DNA of 63,525 nt, filler included, from Octopus bimaculoides (lineage: Eukaryota), in assembly GCF_001194135.2 (NCBI RefSeq). It is 4 parts of 4 records of this genome, joined end to end, with 100 filler letters (N's around TTAATTAATTAA, not from the genome) between each part and the next. Parts side by side here need not be neighbours in the genome. Positions count along the whole stretch, not along the records: positions 1 to 30,865 come from NC_068990.1; 3 more parts are not named here. One strand, given 5' to 3'. Positions 1 through 10,899 of the stretch are shown one piece after another. The position numbers and the translations under genes were made by a program. Every line of letters starts with the position of its first letter. Within the stretch, counting starts at the first letter, position 1. The notes under the pieces are model-generated. The model searched no databases. It was not told the DNA's origin and was given only the letters and a program-made list of their open reading frames with translations.

Positions 1-270
1 ACTACCATCACCAGCACCAGCACCACCAGCACCACCACCACTTCCAGCAGCACTTCTTTCATCATCATCATCATTTTCACCACCAACATCAGCACCTGTA
101 TCAGCATCAGCACCACCAGCACCACCAGCACCATGACCATCACCAACACCACCAACACAATGATGATGACCATGATGAATGATGATGACAATGACAATGA
201 TGACCACCACCACCACCACCACCACTACCACCATGGTGATGACAACGACCACCACTATGACTAAGTATCA
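1..270. repeat. Degenerate trinucleotide low-complexity tract (CAC/CAT/CAG/GAT)n
   Basis: Runs of cac/cag/cat then gat/gac triplets; no coherent protein. Confidence 0.85.
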
Positions 271-726
271 AAATGCTGACATCATGACTATTGCTCAAGG
301 CTCTAAGACATGACAAAGACATCAGGAAAACCAAGTTCCCCCAAACTGCAATGGTCTTCAGGCATGTCCCCAGTGAGGGTGACGTCACACACCTCACATC
401 TTTGAACAGGGCCTTAGGCATAGATAGCTATGTGAGGCTGCTGGAGACTATATATATATATATATATATATATNNNNNNNNNNNNNNNNNNNNNNNNNNN
501 NNNNNNNNNNNNNNNNNNNNNNNNNNNNNNNNNNNNNNNNNNNNNNNNNNNNNNNNNNNNNNNNNNNNNNNNNNNNNNNNNNNNNNNNNNNNNNNNNNNN
601 NNNNNNNNNNNNNNNNNNNNNNNNNNNNNNNNNNNNNNNNNNNNNNNNNNNNNNNNNNNNNNNNNNNNNNNNNNNNNNNNNNNNNNNNNNNNNNNNNNNN
701 NNNNNNNNNNNNNNNNNNNNNNNNNN

Positions 727-1125
727 CATCATCATCATCATCATTTAACGTCTGCTTTCCATGCTAGCATGGGTTGAATGATTTGACTGGGGACTGGCAA
801 ACCAGATGGCTGCACCAGGCTCCAATCTGATCTGGCAGAGTTTCTACAGCTGGATGCCCTTCCTAACGTCAACCACCCCGAGAGTGTAGTGGGTGCTTTC
901 ATGTGCCACTGGCACAAGGGCCAGTCAGGCGGTACTGGCAACAGCCACGCTCAAAAGGTGTTTTTTACTTGCCACCTGCACAGGAGTCAGTCCAATGTTT
1001 TGTTCACATGCCACTGGTACAAGTGCCAGTAAGGCGAAGCTGGAAACGATCGCACTCAAATGGTGCTTTTTATGTGCCACTGGCATGGAAACAAGACCAC
1101 TGCTCTGGCAGTGATCCCTCTTGGA
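727..1125 (-). mobile_element. Family C retroposon: RTE-LINE 3'-tail-derived element with internal ~60-nt repeats
   Basis: Reverse complement of ...ttggcgttaggaagggcatccagctgtagaaa...catgctagcatggaaagcagacgttaaa(tga)n; same tail ends the RTE fragment at 2720-3045. Confidence 0.8.
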
Positions 1126-1134
1126 TGGTGCTGC

Positions 1135-1156
1135 ATCATCATCATCATCTTCATTT

Positions 1157-1196
<40 letters not shown>

Positions 1197-1530
1197 GTTA
1201 ATAGGATTGGATGGTTTGACAGGAATTGGCAAGTCAGAAGACTGCACAAAGCTCTACTGTCTACTTTGATATGGTTGCTATGGCCAGGTGCCCTTCCTAA
1301 TGCCAACCACTTTACAAAGTGTACTGGGGAGTGCTTTTTACATGACACCAGCAGCAGTGAGGTCACTGAATAACTGACAAGGTGAGACATCTCAAATGAG
1401 GGTGTAGTAGTAGTAGTAGTAGTAGTAGTGAAGGAGGTGGCTTTGTGCCAAGTGATGAGAAGCTAGAATATGAACAGAGGGAGAGAAATAAATGTCTTGC
1501 TGTAAAGGAGAGATACATGGCTACGTCATT
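1135..1530 (-). mobile_element. Family D retroposon (RTE-type tail, longer upstream part)
   Basis: (cat)n tail then ...ccttcctaatgccaaccactttacaaagtgtactggg...gaggtggctttgtgcc; homologous copies at 7085-7480 and 60470-60770. Confidence 0.7.
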
Positions 1531-1894
1531 GAGAGAGTGAAAGAGGGGGAAGAGAGGTAGAGAGAGAGTGAGAGAGATGGGAGTAGAGTGGGGCAAGAGA
1601 GAGGAAGGGAGAGCGAGGAGAGAAAGAAGAGATGCACAGACATCTTAAAAGTAAATAGATACCCCTCATTATCCTGTTTTGCTTGTGTGGTTGCTACTCA
1701 TTATTATAATGCTGAAACAATTTAAACGATGAAAAATGAACAGGTCATGTCTACTAAATACTAGATTAAGTATTTAAATGTATCAAATGACATTATTTTG
1801 TTACTAGAAATGAATTTTTAAAAAGTGATGGTATCTATTTACTTTGTGTATTTATGTACATATTTGCATCTCTGTGTGTGTGTGTGTGAGAGAG

Positions 1895-3045
1895 AGTGAA
1901 AGGCAGATTGTTTGATGCCTGGGTGCAAACAGCTATGCTACATGGCAGTGAAACATGGGCCATGAATGCTGAGGACATGCGTAGGCTTGAAAGAAATGAA
2001 GCCAGTATGCTTCGCTGGATGTGCAATGTCAGTGTGCATGTATGACAGAATGTAAGCACCTTGAGAGAAAAGTTGGGCTTAAAAGGCATCAGATGTGGTG
2101 TGCAAGGTAGATAACTGTGAAAGGTGATGAGCTGGCAGAAATGTTAGCACGCCGGTCGAAATGCTTAGCAGTATTTCGTCTGGTGTTACATTCTGAGTTC
2201 AAATTCCGCCGAGGTCGACTTTGCCTTTCATTCTTTTGGGGTTGATAAATTAAGTACCAGTTACGCACTTGGGTTGATGTAATTGACTTAATCCCTTTGT
2301 CCTTGTTTGTCCCCTCTATGCTTAGCTCCTTGTGGACAATAAAGAAATAAGATAGATGACTGTGCTGGTATTGTCATATGATGTACATGGATGAGGACAG
2401 CTGTGTAAAGAAGTGCCAATCTCTAATTGTGGAGGGAACCTGTGGTAGAGGTAGACCCAGAAAGACATAGGACGAGGTGGTGAAGCATGATCTTTGAACT
2501 TTGGACCTCATAGAGGCAATGACTAGTGACTGAGACCTTTGGCGATATGTTGTGCTTCAGAAGATTCATCAAGCCAAATTTCACGATTTCATCGTAGTCA
2601 TGGCTGATGCTGGTGTCATGTAACTGTCATTTAAAAAACACCTTTTGAGCATTGGGGCCCCATGGAGGCAAGGTAGCTGATGCTGGTGGCACATGAAAAG
2701 CTCCTTCTGAATGTTGGGCCTCACAGAGGCAATGATGAATGACCGAGATCTTGACATCATGTTGTGCTTGAGAAGAAAACTCATCAAGCCAAGTAAAGTC
2801 ACAGTTGTGGCAGATACTGGTGTCATGCAAATGGTACCCATGTTGGTGGCACGTAAAAGCACCCATTACACTTTCAAAGTGGTTGACGTTGGGAAGGGCA
2901 TTTTGCTGTAGAAATCATGTCAAATCATACTGGAGTCTGGTGCAGCCCTGCTCAAACCTTACAGCCCTGCTCAAACCATCCAACCCATGCTAGCATGGAC
3001 AACGGATGTTAAATGATGATGATGATGATGATGATGACGATGGTA
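1895..3045 (+). mobile_element. 5'-truncated RTE-clade LINE (ORF2 C-terminal region + 3' UTR ending in (TGA)n), degenerate
   Basis: Translation KGRLFDAWVQTAMLHGSETWAMNAEDMRRLERNEASMLRWMC...LCWYCHM...GTCGRGRPRKT*DEVV matches typical RTE post-RT motifs (LYGSETW, LRWxGH, GRGRPRKTW); in-frame stops; interrupted by a SINE at 2120-2352. Confidence 0.85.
2120..2352 (+). mobile_element. Family B tRNA-derived SINE with 12-bp target-site duplication
   Basis: Head gagctggcagaaatgttagc...gagttcaaattcc (A/B-box-like), central ggtcgactttgcctttcat; flanked by tagataactgtg (2108-2119) and tagatgactgtg (2353-2364). Confidence 0.85.
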
Positions 3046-3054
3046 TATATATAT

Positions 3055-3349
3055 ATGTTGGATCTTTCGCCTGGCATGCTAACGTTTCTGCCAGCTCGAA
3101 TAATAATAATGATGATGACGACAGCGACAGTGACGACCCTTTCTACTATAGGCACAAGGCCTGAAATTTTGGGGGAAGGGTTAAGTCGATTACATCAACC
3201 CCAGTGCATAACTGGTACTTATTTTATTGACCCTGAAAGGATGAAAGGCGTAGTTGATTCTGGCGGCATTTGAACTCAGATTATAAAATTGGAAGAAATG
3301 CCACTAAGCACTTTTTCCAGCACAGTTATGATTCTGCCAGATTGCCACC

Positions 3350-3350
<1 letters not shown>
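3055..3350 (-). mobile_element. Family B SINE (one near-full copy plus a head fragment)
   Basis: Reverse complement of the family B sequence seen at 2120-2352 and 37100-37315. Confidence 0.8.
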
Positions 3351-3380
<30 letters not shown>

Positions 3381-3394
3381 CATGATGATGATGA

Positions 3395-3730
3395 TGACGA
3401 TGATGATGATGATGCTGTAGACAAGGGAATAATGAGAAAGGATAGTAAAAGGGAGAAAGAGGTCATGATGCAGTTGGGTAGGTTGTAAGAGCACAGGACA
3501 GGTGTAGTGAATAGTGAGTGGGAGAGACATATGGTAGTGGAGGAGAGATCACCTGGTGGCTCAATAGCATGATCAATGTAAAATGTGGGTGGAGAAGATA
3601 GTGCTGAGCATGGAGGAAAGATAACAGGTGAAATGGTTCTGGGGTAGTGAGAGAGATAAGTGGTATCAGGGAAGATCTGGTGAAGCATCCAGCTTCGCTC
3701 ACATTTGGTTTAAGCTGCAGCATATTGCAG
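3395..3730 (-). mobile_element. Possible old L2/CR1-like LINE 3' fragment
   Basis: Purine-rich plus strand; minus translation fragments (HYPRTISPVIFPP) weakly resemble L2-type ORF2 C-termini. Confidence 0.3.
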
Positions 3731-3936
3731 TTAGAGAGAGAGAGAGAGAGAGAGAGATGATGGATGGCATGGATGTTTTGAGGAGGAAATTAGGTGAGAG
3801 GGCCTAGGTGTGCTTCCAGAATCTCAGTTTCACCAAGACGGGCAGTTCGTGAGAACTGCATATCGTTTGTCCCCCTGGTCCTTTGTATTCTCTTCCATGA
3901 AGTTCAGTATATATGTGTGCGTGTGCGTGTGTGTGT

Positions 3937-3971
<35 letters not shown>

Positions 3972-4029
3972 CATGTGCATAGAAATATGTAAAGAAGGAA
4001 TATCCCTCTCTCTCTCTCTCTCTCGGAGA

Positions 4030-4216
4030 AGCACAAGCACATACACAGACATATACATACACGGCTGTAACTTCCGCCTACCAAATTCAATCACAAAGCT
4101 TTGGTCGGCCCGGGGCTAATGCAGAAGACACTTGCCCAAGGTGCCACATGGTGGGACTGAACCTGAAACCATGTAGCTGGGAAGCAAGCTTCCTAACCAC
4201 ACAGCCATGCCCGCGC
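4030..4216 (-). mobile_element. Family A (CORE-like) tRNA-SINE, 5' half
   Basis: Reverse complement of ggcatggctgtgtggttaggaagc...ggttcagtcccacc...accttgggcaagtgtcttc. Confidence 0.85.
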
Positions 4217-4449
4217 CTACAATATATATATAATATCTTCAGAATTGTTTGCCCTAGTTTTTCTCTAATAACTGGAAAAAGAAACAAAGACAATGATGAG
4301 AGGGACATCAGAGCATACCTTCAGGGTACAGAAAGTGATTAGAAGATGAGTAAGACTAAATAATAAAGTTTCAAAATTATAGTGGTGGCCATGGGGGAGA
4401 ATGATGGCTGACTAGAAATAGAGGTAGGTTGAATGTAATGGATGCTGAT

Positions 4450-4990
4450 CGAGCAGAGCTTTTGACTCATTCCATCGAGTCAAACTGTTGAATACCTTCA
4501 GAGCATATGGTATCCCAAGCACCATTGTAGATGCTATTAACATTCTCTTCGAAGATACTTTCACTCAAGTTTTATTGTCTAATGCTGGTACATATTTATT
4601 GAGATCCTGACAGGAGTACTACATGGTGACACTCTTATGGCCTTGCTATATATATAATGGCTTTGGACTATTCACTGAATTGCAATATCAAATGCAGAAA
4701 AAGCAGGTTTCTAAATAATTCCTCCAAAAATCAGATGTGATTTTGCAACTATTGTTACTGTAACAGATTATGCAGATGATATAATTCTTACTTCAAATAC
4801 TATCATGAAAGCTCAACAGTTTTTTAGAGCAGCAGTAGAATGCATATTGATATATAGATTTGAATGCTGTACACTTGCTTCAAAAGTAGGGTAAAGGGAA
4901 CATATACAAGGAGGGCAAAGAACATTTCTTTGAAACAACAGTTATTGAACAGTGTATAATATTGAAAAATACCATTATTAACAGAAACCA
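4450..4990 (+). mobile_element. Degenerate non-LTR reverse transcriptase fragment (RTE/RTE-X-like)
   Basis: AFDSFHRVKLLNTFRAYGIP... / ILTGVLHGDTL / VTDYADDIIL (YADD at 4769-4780) / AAVECILIYRFECCTL; frameshifts and internal deletions. Not in the supplied ORF track. Confidence 0.85.
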
Positions 4991-5029
4991 TCAAATGGTA
5001 TAGACACAAAGATATGTATGTGTGTGTGT

Positions 5030-5252
5030 ATACATATATTTTATCTTTATTTAGTTTAGTCATTAAACTGCAGCCATGCTGGGGCACTCACTGCCTTGAA
5101 GAAGTTTTAGTCAAGCTTATTGCCTCTGGTACTTATTTTTTTTTGTAAAAACTGGTACTTAGGCTATTGGTCTCTTTTGCTGAACTGCTAAGTTATGGAG
5201 ATGTAAACGCACCAAAACCAGTTGTCCAAGCAGNNNNNNNNNNNNNNNNNNN

Positions 5253-5298
<46 letters not shown>

Positions 5299-5950
5299 GA
5301 TGGGTTTCTTTTAGTTTCTTATTTCTTTATTGCCCACAAGGGGCTAAACATAGAGGGGACAAACAAGGACAGACAGAGGGATTAAGTCGATTACATCAAC
5401 CCCAGGACGTAACTGGTACTTAATTTATCGACCCCGAAAGTATGAAAGGCAAAGTGGACCTCGGCGGAATTTGAACTCAGAACATAACAGCAGACGAAAT
5501 ACCGCTAAGCATGTCACCCGGCATGCTAACATTTCTGCTAGCTCGCTGCCTACCAAATCCACTTACAAGGCTTTGGTCAGCCTGAGGCTATTGTAGAAGT
5601 CATTTGCCCAAAGTGTCCCACTGGGACTGAATCTGGAATTGCGTGCCTAATTAAGTTACCTTTTTGAGTCACGCTGACTCATAAGGGCTGGTTTCCTGGT
5701 TTCCGTGGCATATAAATTCCCCACCTGGAGGAGACGCTAGTCCATCGCAGAGTTACTTATTCTTGCCAGCTGAGTGAACTGAAGCAACACGAAATGAAAT
5801 TTTTTGCTCAAGAAAACAATGCGTTGCCTGGTTCAGGAATCGAAACCACAATGTTGCATTCATGAGTCCAACACCCTAACCACAAAGCCATATACCACCA
5901 CAACCGTGTGCTTGGGAAGCAAACTTTTTACTACACAGCCATGCCTACAC
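5030..5950 (-). mobile_element. Nested SINE cluster: family A interrupted by family B (about 5317-5547) and family F (about 5647-5890)
   Basis: Family A pieces at 5030-5316, 5548-5646 and 5900-5950 join into one collinear element once the two inserts are removed. Confidence 0.8.
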
Positions 5951-7084
5951 CTGCTATAATTTTGTGGTCAAAATAAATTAACTGAATTTAAAAAACCCAG
6001 ACAATCTGGCCATGACCATTCAATCTTATCAGAATTTTTATCTTAGACTAAATTACCGTATATATCCTTTTCTTTTAAAAAATAGCTGGTAGAGTATGAT
6101 TTGAGGGAGATTTGGTTACTATTTCTAGCTGGTTGAGCAACCATATGGGTTCATACATATTTTGAGTTAATAAAAAATAATGGAATGTCAGATAAAAGAT
6201 TTATGGTAGTTTATTTTCCCAGTTCAGATTCCATTGAGGTTGATGTTTGTTTGATGTTTGTCTTGCATTCTTCCAGAACAGGGAAAAAATAAATACCAGT
6301 TTTGCTAGTGGTAGGGATCAACTCTTATCACCTATACTACTCTACTCTTGATCATTTGTTGCATTGTGCCAAACATAAGAAATTGTTGTATTTCGGTCAC
6401 TGATTCAGTTCTAATATGTCTTGATTAAAATGGGATTTTGAACCTGCTGTCAGAGAAGCTGACAAAAGATAAGTTTATCTTGATTTATGGATGAGATCAG
6501 TTGAATAATGGCCAGTATATTAATATTTATTCTCTGAAAAAAGAATATACAATAACAGGATACAGAATGCAAATTTCATCTAAAAATACAAAACAGCCCT
6601 TAATAGCTACCGGCATTATTCTTTTAACGTTGATTTTTATTAAAAAAAAAATCAACATAAAAGGCAAAATTATTTTGTAGAATAATATAAATGTGATTTC
6701 AAAATATTGATTTCTTTTGATTAAGCACAATAGTAATTTTTACTTAGTGTATTGAACTGACCGGAATGTACTACAATGTTTATTTTATATACTTCAGGAT
6801 GATAAAAAGCAAGGTTTATAGCAATTTAAGTTATCTGGGCTATGAACTTCATCTTTCATGTTTGATAAAACTACATTTCAGTTGGTCAGATCTACATACA
6901 TTTTCTGGTTTCTTATTCCTACAATGTTTTTTTGGTATTTCTTAATTTTTAATCATTCTTTTAGGTAAAGCTGATCCTGGTAGAATTTGAAAGAACAGTG
7001 ATGAGATTAAATACTATAAAGCCTTTAGCACTGCACTCCTCCATAGGAAATGCTTGATTAATTGCCAACCACTCCATACGAAAG

Positions 7085-7480
7085 TAACAATACATTTGAA
7101 TATCATCATCATCATCATCATTCTTTCACATCCATCTTCCATGCTGGTATGGGTCAGATGGTTTGATGGAAGCTATTGAGCTAGAGGTCTGCACCCAAGC
7201 TGTAGTGTCTGCTTTGGCTTGGTTTCTGCTGCTGGATGCCCTTCTTAATGCCGACCAATTTACGGAGTGTACTGGGTGCCTTTTACAGAGTGTACATGGC
7301 ACCAGTAGCAGTGAGGTCACCAAGTTTGGTCACTTGTGAGACAAGACCCCCACCTCAGCTGAGGTGTGGGGAGTAGTATTGAGGGAGGTGGCTTTGTTTC
7401 AGGTGATGAGGTAAGATAGAGGGATAAAAACAGGTGATTTTCTGTAGAGGGGATACATAGTTACCCCAGTTTAAAAAGGA
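7085..7480 (-). mobile_element. Family D retroposon
   Basis: (cat)n tail, catgctggtatggg, ggatgcccttcttaatgccgacc, gaggtggctttg; homologous to 1135-1530. Confidence 0.75.
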
Positions 7481-8326
7481 NNNNNNNNNNNNNNNNNNNN
7501 NNNNNNNNNNNNNNNNNNNNNNNNNNNNNNNNNNNNNNNNNNNNNNNNNNNNNNNNNNNNNNNNNNNNNNNNNNNNNNNNNNNNNNNNNNNNNNNNNNNN
7601 NNNNNNNNNNNNNNNNNNNNNNNNNNNNNNNNNNNNNNNNNNNNNNNNNNNNNNNNNNNNNNNNNNNNNNNNNNTATACAAGTGAAGTGGTACAGAGGAT
7701 TGGATAGGATAAGTGGGTGGCTAAGTTCACAGGAGTGCGAAAGAAAAGTAGGAAATGGTGGGGAAGTTAATTTTCTAATAGCCAATTTATTGTTTGCTTA
7801 TTATTTTTTAACCGAATCACATTCAATACTGTAGATGAACAAATTGAACTCCAAAAATAAGCTTTTGACTCAGTGATTAAATTTCATAAAAACTAAGTAT
7901 GCAGAAAAAAAAAAAAGACTGCCTACATTGAAATCAATTATGGAAACAATTATTCTTGTGAACATAAACGGTTAAATATTCTACATATGTAGAATAATAA
8001 AGTTCTTAGTGTGTTTAATAGAATAAAGTTATTTTTAATAGCTAATAATTTTATTCTGAAAATTGATTTTAATAAAGTATATACTTTCCCTCTGCCACCC
8101 AACAGTAAAATATCATCTCACGCCCACTAGGGGAAACCCAGCTTAAAGACCCCTGCGTTAGTCCAATTTTCAACTGTTTCTGCCAAATTTTTACCTCAAG
8201 GAAAAACAAATTATTGATTTCTTGCGTTGCCACAATGTTCAGTGTGTGGCCAGGATTTTAACAAAAATAAATTCTTGATTATAAAAATGGATTCTCCAGT
8301 AACTGTCTTATTTGTAAAAAAACACA

Positions 8327-9206
8327 AGGATGCAGGCATGGTTATGTGGTTAAAAAGTTTTCTTACCAACCATTTGGTTCCTGGTTCAGTCCCATTACAT
8401 GGCACCTTAGGCAAGTGTTTTCTACCAAAGCCTTGTGGGTAGATTTGGTAGGCAGAAACTGAAAGCATTTTATATTATATTCTTTCATTTGTTTCATTCA
8501 TTAGACTGTGGCCATGCTGGAGCACTACCTTTAGTTGAACAAATTGACCCCAGTACTTATTCGTTGTAAGCCTAGTACTTATTCTATTGATTACTTTTGT
8601 CGAAGCGCTAAGTTATGGGGATATAAACACACCAACATCGGTTGTCAAGCGTTGGTAGTGGGACAAACACAGACACACAAACACACACACACATATATAT
8701 ATGACAAGTTTCTTTCAGTTTCTGTCTACCAAATCCACTCACAAAGCTAAGGCTGTAGCAGAAGATACTTGCCCAAGGTGCCATGCAGTGAGACTGAATC
8801 CAGAATGATGTGGTTGGGAAGCAAGCTTTTTAACATACAGCCACACCAACACCTATATATATATATATATATATATATACGTGTGCGTGCACACGCACAC
8901 ACATACATACACTTGTATGTATGTGTGTTTGTGTCTCCTTGTCTTGACTTCACACAACAATAGTAAATGAGCATCACCTTCTTGCAAATACTCTCTCTCT
9001 CTTTTACTCTTTTACTTATTTCAGTTATTTGACTGTGGCCATGCTGGAGCACCGCCTTTAGTTGAGCAAATCGACCCCAGGACTTATTCTTTGTAAGCCT
9101 AGTACTTATTTTATCGGTCTCTTTTGCTGAACCGCTAAGTTACGGGGACGTAAACACACCAACATCGGTTGTCAAGCGATGTTGGGGGACAAACACAGAC
9201 ACACAA

Positions 9207-9243
<37 letters not shown>

Positions 9244-9410
9244 CGACGGGCTTCTTTCAGTTTCCGCCTACCAAATCCACTCACAAGGCTTTGGTCGGCC
9301 CGAGGCTATAGTAAAAGACACTTACCCAAGGTGCCACGCAGTGGGACTGAACCCGGAACCATGTGGTTCGTAAGCAAGCTACTTACCACACAGCCACTCC
9401 TACGCCTATA
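8327..9410. mobile_element. Cluster of family A SINEs (plus-strand head 8327-8470; minus copies about 8480-8850 and 8995-9408)
   Basis: Repeated accttgggcaagt core, internal (CA)n/(TA)n, and tail gactgtggccatgctggagcaccgcc. Confidence 0.85.
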
Positions 9411-9439
9411 TATGTTATAATTTGTTTCTAATCTTCTGA

Positions 9440-9568
9440 GAAAATGTATCTGGCCATAGGAAAATATCACCATCCTTGGAAGCAGGTGAGGGTTGGTGAC
9501 AGGACAGGTATTTGTAGAAAATCTGCCTCAACAAATTCCGTCTGTTCCATGCTATCACAGAAATTACT

Positions 9569-9599
<31 letters not shown>

Positions 9600-9620
9600 C
9601 TATGATGACGACAACAACAA
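9440..9620 (+). mobile_element. Family E RTE-type tail fragment ending in (GAT)n
   Basis: tctggccatagga...ggttggtgacagga...gtagaaaatctgcc; related piece at 55540-55625. Confidence 0.55.
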
Positions 9621-10899
9621 TGATGATGGTGGAATTTATATGATGTTAAATAATAATTATATTTATATGGAGCCAGTCATGGAGATGGAAATGGAGTGGA
9701 ATAACCTTCCTTTATTAATATGTGTGTATCAGCTCCTGAAAGCTGTTTCCAGTGGCACTTGAATTAAAAATTCAACTAAATATTGACCAGAGTCCACTAC
9801 CTTCCTATTTCTACCATCCCACCACCCTGAAGGACGATGATGAAATATTAATTGTTCTCCAGTAAAAGCACAAAAAAACCCCCCAAAAAACTGCTAGTAT
9901 TGAAGGAAGAAATTTTTGTCATAAATGGACATTCATTGATTGTTTTTTTATAAAACTGTGACATCAATGTACAAGAGGAAATGTTTGAGGGAAAGAAAAG
10001 AGGAAAAAGTTGGGGCTGGCTTCTAAAAAAAAAATTTCTTCTTTTTCTGGAACCAGTGAAGGGAAAGCTGAGGGGGAATGCACAGGGGAACAGCGTTCAT
10101 CTGCTTTTCATCTCACAGGGAGGGAATTTATAGCATCTAACCCCGTCCCCAACTTCTTCCCACTCTCAGACACCCAGGCAGCCGACTACCCCCTAGTTCC
10201 CCCAAAACGTATCTCTATCAAAGTCTTGGAACCCTTCTGCGTCTCTAACATAATAGGTGGGCTCCACCAGGAGCTAATCATTAGGTGGATTGACTCCTGG
10301 AATGTCAGAAACACCCAACTTTATTCGCACAATAGCAACGAAACACAAGATTTTTAGTGGGAGTGAAAGCAGAAAGATGTGACATTTACGTCTTCTCCCT
10401 CTGGACATAGTGATGTAAATGATCTCAGTTATATTATTGATACACGTTTTATTGATCCTTTCTTGAGAGATATGCATTTGACATGACATTGAACTCAGAA
10501 CAGCGATGCACTGAACTTTGAATAGTAGATATAAAAATATTTGCTCTAGCCCTCTAGTAACTCTACTATATTAAAACCAACAAAAACAAATGAGTTTATC
10601 TTATCATTTTTATTCATTTTATTTTTGTGTTGCTTTTACTGGTCGCCGTTCAAATAAATAATTTAACATAGACTGGTAAAAGATAATTTCCTGTCAGCAC
10701 TGAATATAGATATCATATTTTGGGATCAAACATGCCAACATCTCATTAAAATTATATAGATAAATAGATAGGTATCAAAACTGCTTTTCCCCCTTTCGTC
10801 TATGGAATTAATATTTTCTGATATCTCACAGATCACATACACTTCTCTCTTCTGCTTTTTTTTTGTAGCCTACATGAAAATGACTATCTTTAGGAAATT

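Noticed and set aside
291-440. ORF MLKALRHDKDIRKTKFPQ... with possible donor TAT|GTGAGG
   Set aside because: No recognisable homology, no acceptor identified, lies in low-complexity sequence next to a gap.
6200-7000. Several possible plus-strand mini-exons (e.g. cag|gatgataaaaagcaag|gt)
   Set aside because: Weak donors in very AT-rich DNA; no consistent frame or recognisable peptide.
10266-10300. Small hairpin ccaggag...ctcctgg
   Set aside because: Only 7 perfect bp plus a weak extension; no family or ncRNA features.
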